Notes: generated by a model not told the origin, from the sequence alone. Shown: positions 22,301 through 36,660, counted from the stretch's first letter. The stretch is DNA of 64,000 nucleotides from Azolla caroliniana (GCA_043228905.1 JBHGNT010000002.1:27466001-27530000), one strand, 5' to 3'. Made by a program: numbers and translations.

Positions 22301-25300
22301 CCGAGTTAATGATTATCGTTTCTTCAACAGGTAGGGGCAGGATTATCACAAACATTTTTTCTTGTAACAAATTTTGATTCTTCTGGTCCCCCTCCTTCTC
22401 GGACTGCACCTCCTTTGCCAATGGCTAGCTCTCCTGGTGGACTTCAGAAATCTTTCTCAACTCCATCAAGACGTGCGTCAGTTGATGAGCGTATAGATGA
22501 GGAAGATGATGAAGACGAAGTAGCATCCATTAATATAGTGCGCCGCCAGCTGAATGATGCGAGTGACTTGGTGTTAGATCTTCCTGCATTCAGAACAGGT
22601 GATTACTTTCTTGGAACACTTGACTGTTGCAAATGCCTCTTGCTCTTAATGGGTAGAAATATATGGAAATTCTTTAGGCGTGTGTGAGCATCTGGAAAGT
22701 ATGTGGGAAGAGAAATGTACGGAGAATTAGTATGAGTGCATGAATGATTCAAATTTAATGAAACTTACATCATTATTGTTTGTATTCATTAGCACTTTAT
22801 AAGGTCAAATCTTCTAGAACATTGTGAAGCATCTACTCAGCATACAATAAAGTGAGACTATCATTTGATTGTTTTCACTATTCTGGAAAATAGCTATGTA
22901 CATGCCTACTGGCAAAAATAGTATAGAGAATGTGGCTCTTAGTGGAAACTACTAAGTGCATCCATTATGTGTATATATGCTGTGTCCACCTGGCTCCATT
23001 CCCACATGTCTGAAGTTTTAATGAGTTGAAGACCTGGACTAAGCTTAGATTCTGAATTTCTCTCTTGGTTTGAAATGCTTAATACAGGGATATCAGAAGA
23101 TGACCTTCGTGAGACTGCATATGAAATTTTGCTCACCTCTGTTGGTGCAGCTGGGTAAGTATATATTTTTCTTGGGTTTACTTGGAAACTGCTATAAAGC
23201 TCAAGATACTCCTAGATTATTGAAGTAACAATTTGTGTTATACAGTGGTCTCCTGTTACCCCCTGTTAAGGACAAGAAAGAAGAGAAGAAATCAAAAATT
23301 GTGAGAAGGCTGACAGGACGCAAGACTGAAAAGTTCAAGCCCCAACCTAGTCGAGAATCAGGTCTTGCTGGTCTGCTTGAAAACATTCGTACACAAATGG
23401 AGGTAGACTATCAAATTTGAAGGAGAACCATAATACTTAGTTTAATAGTTTTAGAAAGCTAAACAGTACTTCATCTAATCATGCATATTATTCTTGGTCC
23501 TATTTCATTTTGTTAGGTTGTCACATAATTATGCACTTTGTTTCCTAAAATCTGCAAGGTTTTACCAAAATGACTACTACTTGGTTGCTGTCATTTTGTA
23601 AGGATCTTATTGAAGACCTCTCAATATAGATCTATGTGGTTGCCTAACACCGTCAAGTTTTATGTGTATATGAAATGATCATAAATATCATGGCAGTTTG
23701 TAATGTTATTTGAGAATTACTTTTGCTACTTTTGTGAGTGTTTTCTAAGGGAACTGTGGGGGTGATGACATTTTTGAATTGTATTCTAGTGCTGTTTCAT
23801 TGTATCTAGTAATCTTGTTTTTCTTGGTGAAGGTTCAAAGTTCTGGTTGTTTGGATGATCTAATGCAGCTATTCATGCGTTTCTAGATTTCTGAAGATAG
23901 GGACCGGCTGACAAGAAGTGGTCTTCTGAATGCATCTGCTGGAAGAGTTGGGAAGCGAATGGATACACTATTAGTACCTCTAGAATTGCTTTGCACAGTT
24001 TCTCAGTTAGATTTCCCTGATCGTAAATCATATTTAAGATGGGAAAAGAGGCAGGTTGGTATATGAGCCTCAGAAATTGCTTTTATGTGTTTTGTATTTT
24101 GACTCAATGATTAGCCTTTATATGGGTCTGTGAAATGAGAATTATTTTCTTATTAGCTGTATGACTCATCAGTTGGTTCTTTTGAACAGGTGAATCTGCT
24201 TGTAGAGGGTCTCCTCAATTATCCATCCATACACTTAGAAGAGACAGATCATAAAGCGCTGGAACTAAGGAGACTGATTGCGAAACTTGAGGAAGCAGAG
24301 GTAGAGGATCCATCTGATTGTCAATACCAACTTTCGTTTGTGTAATAATAGCCTAACAGCTTTCTAAAAGGAGATAACAGATTCTGTATCAATTTGAAGG
24401 GTCTTCCTTCTCCAGCAGGCCCAGCTCAGCATGCAGAGGCTTTAAAGGCTATGAGAGGGGTAGCACTTGGTCTTGCCGAAAGGGCTTCGAGAGGAGACCA
24501 AACTGGAGAGGTCTGCCATTGGGCAGATGGTTACCATTTGAATGTACGTGTCTATGAGAGATTGCTTTGCAGTGTCTTTGATATATTGGATGAGGGAAAG
24601 CTTGTTGAGGTAACCACACTCTAATATATGTAGAAAGGAGAAATTTCTGAATCATGTGTCTTACATTTGAACTTAGTATGATATATATTAAACTTTAGGA
24701 AGTTGATGAGATAATGGAGCTATTGAAATCCACTTGGCGAATGTTAGGGATCACTCAGACAATTCATGATCTATGCTATACTTGGGTATTGTTTCGTCAG
24801 GTATGTACTCGTAAGTGGTTAACTCTATTTTTGTTTGATGATTGTAATACTACCCTTGTATCATGAACTCAAAATACATTGCTATAATGTCTCTGGTATC
24901 TCTGCTCCTGTTTCAATCTAGTATTAATTTGGCTTGAACTTGTGGAGCTTGCATTTTTTTTGTTTGCAAACTCTAGTACAAATAAGGTAGACAGATGTTT
25001 TTCTAATGATCCTCCCCTAGATAGCATTTGTACTAAGAAAAGTTTGACAATGAACCTTTGGAGAATATGAAGGCATTGGCTTTTTACACATCCTGGAGGC
25101 TCATGAGAGAACAGCTATACTTATGTTGGAAAATTTGTGGGGTCTACATGTATGGTAGAATAATACAGGAAACGCTTCATTTGTTGATGCTTGATAGGCA
25201 GTGTCATCAAGCATGTTTTAGGAACTCCAGGACCTGAAGGAAAGGGCTGGGTTTTCACATAATATATTTCTCTCAATTTTGGGTTCTAACGCATTTGCCA

Positions 25301-28300
25301 TTCACATCATGGCACTGTATTCCATTATGTTACAAAAGTGATTACTCTTTATTTAAAATGATAAAAATTGACTCTACGAATCACACGAGAACACATGGGG
25401 ATTTAAGAGGTCCCACCAGCTTCGAACATCACAGAGAGACTCAAGTTATATGTTGTGCCAAAACATACAGTTCAGCTCCATTCTTCATTGCCCAAAATAA
25501 ATTGATGATGTTTATTATCATTAGAATCAGGTGTGTATATTAGTGAAATAGTAATCAAGCAGTAATTCTGAGCACCTTGTGCACAATGATCTGCTTTTCT
25601 TCATGCAGATGTGATGTCACATCCCAAGCTCTATAATTTTAGTGCCTCAATTTCATTTTCAAGATCCATATCTGGGTTGTTCATAAACTCATATGAAATC
25701 CCAATGTAAATCATCCTTAGCATTATATCTTCATCTATAAAATCTTTCTTTCATGCAACACAATTGTGTCGGCAAGATGCACAAGTACATACATATATGG
25801 GGTAGTCAAACATGCACTGGAGGTATGAACTTGCTGCAGAAAGTAGACCCTAATGCATTAAACAATGGCTGACCTTGTACTGTGCAGGCTGCATGTCATA
25901 ACAGAAACCAAGGAAAATTGTGCTTAAAATATTCCTGCACACCCTCTAGAGGAGTTCCAGTACTTTGTATTACCATTTTCATTGAAGATAATGGTATGCA
26001 GTATGGTCTACAATTTCTACTTTGTTTCAAGTTTTTATATGATCTCTACAAAAAATTATCTTGAATCTTTCATGCCCTTTAATGATGACATGCATTCCGG
26101 TGTTGATGGTAAACTCAGACTATAATACCTCATGTTATCTGCAATCAAAATTAAAAAAACAGAAGGCCTTTTCCTGAAATGATAATTTCTTCCAAATTCA
26201 GTCAGTTGTTAAATTCATTCCGAAACCATGGCATGCAGACCCTGTGTTCACTTCAGTCATTGTATTTATTTGTTGTGCCTTGATTGGGAGTCATTTTAAC
26301 AATAGATTCCTTCATTTGAAGTTTGTGCTGACAGGTGAAGAGGAACTTTTGCAACATGCATCATTACAGATGAAGAGAATAGCTGCTGATGGGCAGCGAA
26401 GTCCGCAAGAAAGATTTTACATGAAAAGCTTGCGGTCTTATAGAGAGGGCAAGGATGGTCCTCAAGAGTTAACCTTAGTGGAGTCGGTTCTTTACCCTAT
26501 TAAACAGTGGGTCGATAAACATATGGAAGACTATCATTTACATTTTGTGGATGTAAATTTTCTACCTTTGTTTCAACATGGTTATTCAAGAATTATTTTG
26601 TTGCAAAAGAATCTTAATTATAAATTCCGAAATGCAGCATTTGCTTAATCTTGTTGAGTTATGAATATATTTGTATGTCATCAGGCTTCAAAAATGGAAG
26701 CTCTTATTACTTTGGCAATGGTGGCTGGTAGACTCTTGGCTGATGAGAAAGAGCAGACCGGTGTAAGTTGATGAGCCCTAAACTCTAAGCTCTAATATTC
26801 TTCCCTCTCTCTGATTATATAATGGAGTTCCCATATATAGATCACAAGAATGACATCAGGAGCTGAGATGGCTGCAGTGGCGAAACAAGCTGAAGATTAT
26901 ATAATGTCCTCAGCTAAATCTGCTTTTGAAAGAGTGTGTACAATTTCTTCTCTCTTTTGTGTCATAACTTGATCTAAATTCCTCAAAAGGAGTTGTTATT
27001 TTGGGGCCAGGCACTGAAGGAAGCTGATGTCAAGTGTGAAGCTGAACATGAACATCGCTTGGCATTACTAGCAGAGTTAGTTCTAGGACTTGCTAAAAAG
27101 GATGCTTTGGTGTTTGCTCCTGTTTTGTCTCGATGGCACACTCATGCAATTCCTTTCTCGGCCTCTATCTTTCATAATCTCTACCAAAAGGAGCTGGTGA
27201 ATGCATAGAATTTCCTTGCTTATTATATTTTCATATTTTCCATGATCATAAAGAATCACTCCGGTCTATGTGTCTATGTGCTAGCTAGAAACCCTTTCTT
27301 GATGGAGTTTCCGTTCTTACGGATGATGTAGCATCAGTTCTTCCAGCAGCCGATAGACTTGAACAGTATATTATAGGACAAATCATGTCTGCAAATTCTG
27401 AGAATGAAGCCAGCTATTACAAGGAACAGATGAAGCCCTTTCAGGTATGGCACCACTAAGCAATAAATGTGAGGTATCAAATTATTTTTAACAGTCTAGT
27501 CATTATGTGGTGGAAAATTTTTCTATCCAAGAATAGAATTTTCCATTATAAAATGTTCAAGCATTGAGATAATCTATCGGTTCTGAATTGGTGGTCAGGC
27601 AGGGAATCATATAAGTCGCAGAGATTCTGATAATATCCTGATATAGGGACTTGTCCAAGTCACTTCCTCCATATTAGAATATCAGCATGGTGTTTGAATG
27701 GGAGGAAGAAAGTGTTTAGAACTCTTATCTGCCAATCCACACATGATGATACCAAACATACATGGAAAAATCAGGATGCAGACACAAAGTGTGGCCCAAT
27801 AGAGAACAATACGTTCAATTATAAATTGATATACAATTTGCAACATATGAGTTTCAAATTCATGATCCCCTAGATGAGAACCAAGGATAGAGGAGTAAAC
27901 TAATTCAAATTAAAGATAATGGAATCGACAGAAATTGGAAACTTAAACTTTGTAAACTGAAAGGGGATTAACCTTGCAACATTTTAAGCTACTGGATAAA
28001 TAGTGAAGTGAGCATGGGAGTCGGGGAAAAATGAAATGAATTGACATGATTTATAAACACTTCAAAAGGCCAAAGTGATCTATGAAAGCAGAAGCTACAT
28101 CCATGTGAAACTTATAGAATGTCTAATAATTAAAGCAAAATTAAATTGTACCTACATATGGGAGGCAGGGAAAAGAAAGAAAGAAATTTTAATAATTGGT
28201 CCAGGTTGAGGACATTTCAGATACATTGATTATGCGGTGGGTGAATGTGCAACTCAACAGGGTATCAGAGTGGGTTGACAGGACACTTCACCAGGAGGTT

Positions 28301-31300
28301 GTATATGATTCTCCTACCACTATACTCTTGTTTCAGTTGTTTAATACCTTACCTCTTTCAAGTATGTATGCTGTGTATATTCAAATAATCGATATAGATG
28401 TGCTAATTTTTGAACCAGATGAGAGTTAGATTTCTATCAACCTCATTTTTATTTATTGATTCTATATTAAATTTAAGGGCCAATCCTTCCATTTCAGAAA
28501 TGGGAACCATTATCAAACAACCAGCGACATTGTGGATCTATTGTTGAGGTTTTCCGTATCATGGAGGAGGTAATTTGATTGTTCTCAAACTGTTTGTATG
28601 GGTTATCTATAATTATTCTGAGTTTGTTCTTATTTCATTTTTTGCGTCATAAACATTTTTTATTGGCTAAGATATATCACTATATATGAAGGACAATGCC
28701 GATTATAGTAAAACGTGAATAAAATAAATGTTTCCCTTAGGCCCATAGAATAATAGCATGTGATTGACCAAAATGCTATTCAAAAACTTTTCCGTAGGTC
28801 CATAGTATAATCACATCTAATTGACCAAAGTGCTAAGCAAATATTTGCCCATATGCCCATAAAATAATAACATCTAATTGACCAAAATACAAAGCAAATA
28901 TTTGACCAATTCAGTAACGTACCTCCAAATGGTGTGGATGTCTTCATGGATAATTCATAGTTTTAAGTATTTGGTCGTTTAGTTTATGAAACACAACCAA
29001 GTATTTGATCGAAACTGTAGCATAATAATGTTAATGATAAAGATGTACTCAAATCAATTTCAAGATGTGGGGTTTTAACTTGGAGAACTTCCATATTTGG
29101 TTGTTGATTATTACTGATATGCAAATAGGAAGTTTTCTGATGTTCGATTTCTGTTATCACATAATAATGGCAAACTGAATGGTTGAACAAAACCAATGCT
29201 GAAGCCTAACAATAGTTCTGCCTATGTTTTTGTAGTTTGACCCAACTATACTATGAGTATGAGTTAAAGGCATCAAATTCTGTGGTTTAACTATTTGCAT
29301 GTAAACTTCTCACAGTCATTGTGATAGCCATGTCCTCTACGTAGAGAATGGTTCTATTTATATTCTTCTTTCTTGAGATACTTCATATGTTGGGTGTTGA
29401 AGGACCAATCATATTTCAAAATAATATCTCACCACAGTCCAATCACCACTACTCTCACACATATTAGCTATGCACTTCCTGAATGTAAACCATCTTGAAA
29501 ATCATCCCACCTCATGCATTCAGATAATGATATTAGAGTTTTAAGAAACCTAGAACTTTTAATTTTGTGGTAGTATGGACGACATGAACTCAACCTAATT
29601 TTAAGCATGATTTATTTCATAGGCCAAATTTGGCCTTTGGTCTCTATGTCAATGAGGTACCACATTATATAGAGAGATTCTGGGGTTCAGAAGCATGCCT
29701 AGGGGGTATAGCCATACAAATATTACCAGATGCTGATGATATAGATGAGGAGCAACAAAGACATCTTCATGCCTTAAAAGTATTTTGTATGGAGAAAAGT
29801 TTGTCGATAAACATGGATAAAACTAAAGTGATGTTGTCAATCAACGCCATGCAAATGGGTTTCCCAATAGGACATTACAAAGGGGTTACAATAGATCGGG
29901 CAATAGCAATTTGCCGTGCACGTAGGTCTTGGCCTCATGGACCACGATGTCACCATCCTTGTGATTGATAGATAAAGGCGATTATCACTAGCCATTGCAG
30001 GGGCTTTCCTTGCTTCGGAGACCTCTCCATTCTGGATCAACCTCTGTTAGAGATCTATTGAAGAAAAAAATTACAATATATCTGACTTGAGAATCTTGCA
30101 TGTACTGATACAAGATTCTTCAGTCAGTTTTTATTTTATTTACTTATTTTTGACTTGGTGTACTGATACAAGATTCTTCAGTCTGTCTTTATTTTATTTA
30201 CTTATTTTCTACTTAGTAACATATATTTTGGTTTTTTGTTCTCAAAGACGAGACAACACTTATGCTATAATCTCTTGTTTGGTCTTATATGCCATTTTGG
30301 CCTCTCACCTACACCTTTCATGAACTACTCATATATTTCAAGTGCTCTTTAGCTGTGAATCAGGAGATGGTGTTTTGATGTAGTGGTCAAATGGTAACTT
30401 TTATTGCAGACAATAGAGCAATTTTTCAACTTGAAATTGCCAATGCGGTTTCGATTGGTCAAAAGCTTGATGAGTGGTTTGGACAGTGCATTGCAGAATT
30501 ACTCCAAGAAGATTGTCAGTCAGCTTGGTAAGTGTATAATGTCCTATTTTTGGTGTTTTTCTTACTTATCAAGCAAAGCATGCATGTACATTGCCTGTTT
30601 TTCTGTTTCAGGATCCAAAGAGAACTTCTTGCCTCCACGACCTAGTCTAACTCGCTATGGCAAAGAGACAACGTCAATCAAGACATTTACTAAGAAAAAG
30701 CTAGCAGAATCGAGGACTCCGGATGAGAGGAGTAGTTACTTGAAGTTGCTAACAGTTTCACAACTTTGTGTTCGCTTAAACACCTTACACGTGAGACCTG
30801 CAGACATATTATTGTAGATAAAATCATAGAAAGATATTATAACATTTCTATCTTTTGCAGTATATATTGAATCAAGTGAATGTTCTGGAAGACACTGTGA
30901 AGCAGTCCTGGGCAGTGAGAAGACCCCCGGACAACCTTGGTAATGACTATTTGAACCACTATGATTTTTTGACTTCATAGACCCTGTTTGACTTTTTTTA
31001 TACATTTTGTGTGGGCAACCTTTTTGGCACAGCAAGAGGGTCACCAGCTGATAGAACTGCCGGTGGAACCTTTACTGCTTTTGACATAACACGGAAGTTA
31101 ATAAATGGTGCTGTTGATCAAATTTGCGAGTTCTTAGGTATTTATCATTGTAACTATTCTTATCTAAGAACATATCAACATGATTGAGGTATCTGTATAA
31201 GCTTTATGTGTAAATGTTCGAAAGGTTTCGAAAATGGTTTAACTGCCAGTGTGGATCATTATGAAAAACTAACATTTTCCAAAAGAACTAGCTACATTGT

Positions 31301-34078
31301 CAATCCTCCCTCTACATGTACATATGGATGGAATATTATGATGCTGATGATAAATAACGTTATAAGAGACAATATGTGCCTTGAGTTGATTCAAAAGTAA
31401 AAAACACTTTGTGTGCCTCTTTCTGTGATCTTGCCTAAGGACAATAAATTTTCTTTGTAAACCATAGAACTTCATTTATGGAAGCATTAGCACCCATAAA
31501 CCATTCAATTGAGTCATGGTTGATTCCAAATAAAGTTTCTGCTTGGATCTCAATTATCTTTCAGAACTGAATAACCTGCTATAGGTTGTTTCACATGATA
31601 AAAACATTCCTTATTTGACGTACAATATCCCGGAACTTTTCCTTCATTAATATGCTAATATGCATTTCTTGCGTCCAATGAGGCTGCATCTATATTACCA
31701 TTATGGAACTCTTGGCAAATGACAAAAATGATCCATATTACCATTGCCAAGACTTCAAGTTACCTAACTAGCATAATAGTGAGATATGCCTGACATGTAT
31801 TTGGCAGATAAACTATTTGTTTAGAGACATAAGCTTCTTTTTTGTTCTATTGCCTGATAAACTGTGCCAAAGAAAACTTCCTTCCTCTCAAGGATCGCAG
31901 ATCCATGAAACTATTTCCGCACAGTGGGGCATGATCAGGGTAGTGTTTACGTGCCACTCTATATCTTATTTTGGAAACAAACAATGTTATCTGGATGTTC
32001 GGCAATGTCATGCCACACTAGTCATCCTGACTTATTTTTGTTGATTGGCAAAAAAAACAATGCTATCTGCATGTTTAAATATTGCCCTGTGCAAGATGCT
32101 TTTGATTATCAATATGCTTACTGAATTTACTCCTCTTATATAATGCATTTTTTGAGTTTTATTCATCCAATTGGTTTTTTGTCTAGGAATGAAAATTATC
32201 TTTTGGGACTTGAAAGAATCTTTCATTGATGGATTATACAAGGGTGGAGTGGTTGCAGGGGCACGAATTGATCAAGTCACAAAGAACCTTGATCCAGTAG
32301 GGAGTATTTCTTTCCATTTCAAACTTTTTGCTAATATCATTAGTAGACTGAAACCACATCACAATACAAGCACAAAGATTGGTTCAAGTGCTTAATGCAA
32401 AGTGTTCTTCAGCCAATCAATTTACCCCAGACTATAAACTAACTTTAAGTGTGGGATGTATACTTGTGACTACAATTTGCGTTTTAATATGTGTCATCAT
32501 GTTTAGGTTTTGATAGAAATATGTGAACTTATTGTGGAACCACTCAGGGACCGTGTTGTATTGGGTCTTCTTCAATCAGCTCTTGTAAGTTTTGGCTGGT
32601 CTTGCTTAAGTTGAATCAAACATAACATTGATTCTGTTGCTGTAGTTTCTTTGTACATTCCTAAAGTGATCTTTCTGTAGGATGGTATGGTATGGGTTCT
32701 TCTTGATGGGGGATCCTCCCGGTTTTTTTCACAACCTGATGCAGTCTTGTTGGAAGAAGATTTGAACATTTTGAAGGTGCAAAGTTTGAACCCTACTAAA
32801 ACTCTTGTTGTGCAGGAGTTGTTATTATCATTTGTAACAGCTCTAACTTGTCTCTTATACAATACCAAAGGAATTCTTTATGGCTGAGGGGGATGGTCTA
32901 CCAAGGGGAGTTGTGGAGAACATGTCAGGTCATGTGAAACAGATCATTGAACTTTATGCCAAAGATGTAAGTACCTCCACATTATATCTAACAATCGGCT
33001 ATGGTTCGGTTCGGTTCGATTCGAGAGGGTCCAAACCGAACCGTTTAGAGATGTTGAAACCTGAACCGAACCAAACCACGAAACCATTAAACCGAACCAT
33101 TAAAAAAATTCAAACCCTTAAACCAATAAACTGGTAAAACCGCGGTTTCATGGTTCAGTTTCGGTTTTCAGCTTAGGTCAAAATTTAAATTTTCACTATT
33201 AAAATTTTTAAAATTTTCCCAAAATGTGAGAATAAGGCATCAAATGAAAAGATTATTTAAAAACAAAAATTTTTAATTTTTTTTTGAATTAAAAATAAAT
33301 AAATAACCGTTAAACTGCAGTTTTAACTGTTGAAACCGAACTGAACTGTTAAAAAAACCCGTACCCGAACCCGAACCGTTTAAGCCGTTAAGCTGCGGTT
33401 TCGTGGTTCAATGCCGAATGTTAATTATATCATAGATGGAAATGCAAAATACTCTCCATCTTAGCAATGACATTTTTTATACAAATAATGCATGCATGTA
33501 GAAATCCTTTAATATACACATGTAGTTTGGTATTTTACTAAGTTAGATTGTGAGTCATGACTATGAGATGGTATTTTATGCTCAAATTGTTTCCAAGCAA
33601 AACATTCGTTCTTCATCTTCTTTGTATTTTTTATACATTCATATTTTTAAGTACATTTAGGGTTTAGGTTTACCCTTGTCGTTTGGTATATTTACTATGT
33701 TAGATTGTGACTATGATACGTTATTTTATGCTCAAATTGTCTTCCAAGCAAAACATTCATTCTTCATCTTCTTTGTATTGTTATAACTTATACGTTCATA
33801 TGTTAGGTATGGTTGGATATCAAATTAATATCAAACATAGTGGATTAATATCAAAATATTTCAGAGAGATGACATTGTTTACTTCTTGTCAGACACGCAT
33901 TGTGATTGAAAATTTAAAGCGTGCAAGTGACAACATGGCTATGGGAGTATCTGTACAAAGGGAGACAAAGACGGCAAATGATGCTGATGCACTTCTTCGG
34001 GTCCTTTGCCACAGGATGGATACTGAAGCATCGAGTTATCTAAAGAAACAATATAAACTTCCGAAAGCCTCAGCATAA
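19364..34078 (+). CDS. PATROL1: PATROL1 / Munc13-like MUN-domain (DUF810) vesicle tethering protein, 26 coding exons, 1100 aa
   Basis: Manually spliced GT-AG exons: 19364-19386, 20953-21128, 21245-21309, 22331-22598, 23088-23154, 23246-23402, 23887-24054, 24190-24300, 24400-24609, 24699-24800, 26322-26552, 26685-26762, 26841-26933, 27011-27196, 27289-27444, 28205-28297, 28498-28569, 30410-30527, 30612-30790, 30861-30939, 31033-31137, 32187-32296, 32507-32584, 32681-32776, 32871-32966, 33893-34078. Total 3303 nt, phases consistent. Motifs LQRYRRDR...VVMPPGAVSLEDVDLDQVSVDYVL, DDLRETAYEILL, CHWADGYHLN, VLLDGGSSRFF and DADALLRVLCHR match Arabidopsis PATROL1 as I recall it. Confidence 0.93.
21644..21793. 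repeat. 80-bp tandem duplication in PATROL1 intron 3
   Basis: ttgtatgatatggtggctta...gattatcttataaa at 21644 and 21724. Confidence 0.9.
28720..28910. repeat. Degenerate ~57-bp tandem repeat (3+ units) in PATROL1 intron 17
   Basis: Recurrent (g)cccata(g/a)aataat..catctaattgaccaaa(a/g)tgctaagcaaatattt. Confidence 0.7.
29628..29835 (+). mobile_element. LINE reverse-transcriptase fragment (RTEX-like) in PATROL1 intron 17
   Basis: FGLYVNEV...GGIAIQILPDADDI..QQRHLHALKVFCMEKSLSINMDKTKVM resembles the non-LTR RT core LF.LY.D...LLYADD...LQ..L..L..FC....L.VN..KTKVM, with a degenerate YADD. Confidence 0.75.
32989..33423. mobile_element. Intact hAT-superfamily MITE in PATROL1 intron 25
   Basis: 11-bp TIRs TAACAATCGGC / GCCGAATGTTA (1 mismatch); perfect 8-bp TSD ATTATATC (32981-32988, 33424-33431); AACCG/CGGTT subterminal repeats. 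Confidence 0.92.
33533..33800. repeat. Diverged ~157-bp tandem duplication
   Basis: tttacta(a/t)gttagattgtga...tatgctcaaattgt...ttcttcatcttctttgtatt occurs twice. Confidence 0.8.
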
Positions 34079-34701
34079 GCCACTGTCAATCTGATACTTG
34101 TATTGTTTTTTCTCTTTTAACTCATTCTTTGGTTTGTTGGATCAATCACATGTTCTCTTGTTTTTTTGTAAAATTTGCCAAGAATTATTTCCAAGTGTAT
34201 TTAAGATGGTTTGTAAATTGTAGCAAGCAAAGCAGTACATGTACATTTTGGATGTTTAATATTAATCTTGTGCGATTTTGGTCTCACAATGATTGAGAGT
34301 TGTTCAATCGATTGTTCAAAGGACACACCTAGGCACACAGCCTTGGTGGATAAAGTAGTATTTTTTTTGCTTTATTTTGATCTTCCATTTTTGGTGTCTT
34401 GTCTCTATTTATGATGTATATAAAATGTACCTACAGAAACAAATTGGCAGATTGAAACCAAGTGTCGAATTCATTGAATAACATGTGTATCTTCTTGAAC
34501 CATTGTCTCTATCTCACTATAAATAAGTTGTAATTAGTACTGCACCTCTAATTATGCATATTAATAACTTTCATATCATTTGAGCTATGAAACAACATAA
34601 TGCTGTAGATGTGAAGGAAATTTAATACAAATCATTTGTGAATAGTTATCCTTTGTTCCTGATTATTAATGTAATCTTCTTTGGATTCAGATTATAGGGC
34701 A

Positions 34702-35077
34702 AGGAATTTGACATAGCTTGAATGTGTTTTACTTAGTTGGAGGTGTGTTTATTCAATGTTTGATTATAGGCGTATATCTTCATTCCTAAGCTGATTTAAC
34801 ACTACTACTAATGCATACCTTGTTGTGTAACATCTTGGAAAGGAAAGCCCTTTTAAGGTGTGGAAAACAGAAATAAGTATTAATATGTATTTGGCTAGGA
34901 ATTTGGCATAGCTTGAATGTGGTTTATTTATTTGGAGGTATATGTTTGGAAGTTCATTCAATGTTGGTTATAGGTGCATGTCTTCATCCTTAAGCCCATT
35001 TAACACCACTGCTAATGCAAATGTCATGTAACATCTTGGAAAGGAAAGCCCTTTCAAGGTGTAGAAAACAGAAATAA
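34702..35077. repeat. Diverged ~195-bp tandem duplication
   Basis: aggaatttg(a/g)catagcttgaatgtg...gtaacatcttggaaaggaaagccctt...aaacagaaataa at ~34702 and ~34897. Confidence 0.85.
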
Positions 35078-35655
35078 ACATTTAGGTATAATTAGTAGGT
35101 ATCATATTAATGTAATACTTTTATTGCTTGGATAGGTTACAACTTGGGGAGATCCAATTTGTTATGTGACTGAATTGATGGAGACTGAATTGAAGTATTG
35201 CATGCAATTGTGAAAATGGTTTTGATATGCACATTCATACTATTGTGTTGACAACATGAGGATTGGAATAAAGTCAATGCTCATAACACTGTTGTTATAT
35301 GTGCTCTCTTGGACATATCATTTTTGCAAGCAAGAAAGTGGCATGATGCTAGGATTGTGCTTGCTTATTTTCTTCCAACAACTATCATCAAAATTTCTTT
35401 TAGTACGTGTCTGCATATCTTTGTAGGTTGACACTCCTCTTCCATGAGTACTTCATAACTTATACACTAGGGTGACTACTAAACTTTTGACTTTAAATTA
35501 TTATTGAAACCCAAAAGTGAGACTCAATTGTATTCACAAAAGATTTGATGCTTGAATTCAGTTCCTATCTCCTAGAATTCCAACACACTTTGGCCTCATA
35601 AGCTCTTTGCATATTCCTCTTAACACCTAAGGTTGAACCAAAAAACACATACATT

Positions 35656-36660
35656 CATACTCGCAAATAACTCATGAAGAGGGGTTTGAGACGCCCCTTA
35701 TGTAATGGTTGGCGTACATTGGGCATCCTTGATGAGGTGCTCATTACCTTTTGGAAGGGTCTTTGGCGTCTCCACATGCCGGAAAAGATAAAAAAAAATT
35801 GGTGGCAAATCGGTCATAATGTGGTTCCCATTGGCGAATGGCTAGGTAAACGTGGCGGCCCATTAGGCTGCCCACTTTGCCATTCACCTATTGAGACTCT
35901 GAGGCATTGTCTGTGGGATTGTCCTCAAGCTCAAAAGGTATGGGATAGAGTGACTCGCCTCCTTACGGCATGTGAAGTGGAAGGAACAACATTGTGAACT
36001 GTTGCGGCATGGCTCGATCACTCCATTGATAGGTGGACAGACGCCTTCAATGAGGATAGTTCGTGCTACGTATGCATGAGAGGCAAAATCGCCAAGATTC
36101 GATTTGAGAGAGGCTTGCAGTTCGCATCCCCTAGGTTCCCGAACATTTGGATGTTGATCGCAGACTTCACCCTGTGGTATGTATGGAAAACGCGTTGCCT
36201 AAAGGTCTTTCAGGATCTAGTGTGACCCCTAGAGGAAGTGATCATGGACATATGGTTTGCACTTATCAACTGCCTACGATGGCAATTGGACAAGGTTTGC
36301 AGCCATTCCAATGACGTGGTTACTACCCGTTTACGCTTTTGGTAGAAATGGCGGAACACGCCTATGGTGACACAAGGAGGAAGTGGCCCGAGGTGGAACT
36401 ACCAGCCCCCATGCTGGTTGTTTCTGTCTCACTTACCACCCTCCCTGCGCTATCGACCCCAGGAGTTGTCTCGTACTAGACATCACTGAAGGGCACTGTT
36501 TTTAGCTATAGGTACTTACATTAAGTAGTCAGTCTGAAAGGCGATGTAAATAGTCTCATTTTCTTGAACTTGATCGGAGGGAGATTCCCCGATCTATGTA
36601 TAAGTCTCCTTGTAATAATCCTTCCTAAGTAATGGGAAAGTAGCTTCATTTTGGGAAAAA
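35656..36660 (+). mobile_element. 5'-truncated L1-type LINE with poly(A) tail and 15-bp TSD
   Basis: zf-RVT translation FWKGLWRLHMPEKIKK.WWQIGHNVVPIGEWLGKRGGPLGCPLCHSPIETLRHCLWDCPQAQKVW, later TLWYVWKTRC; several stops; A-tail at ~36656-36665; TSD aaaaa(c/t)acatacatt at 35641-35655 and 36661-36675. Confidence 0.9.

Noticed and set aside
33656-33671. TTTAGGG-type telomere motif (also ~5000-5021)
   Set aside because: Only 2-3 degenerate units; too short to call.
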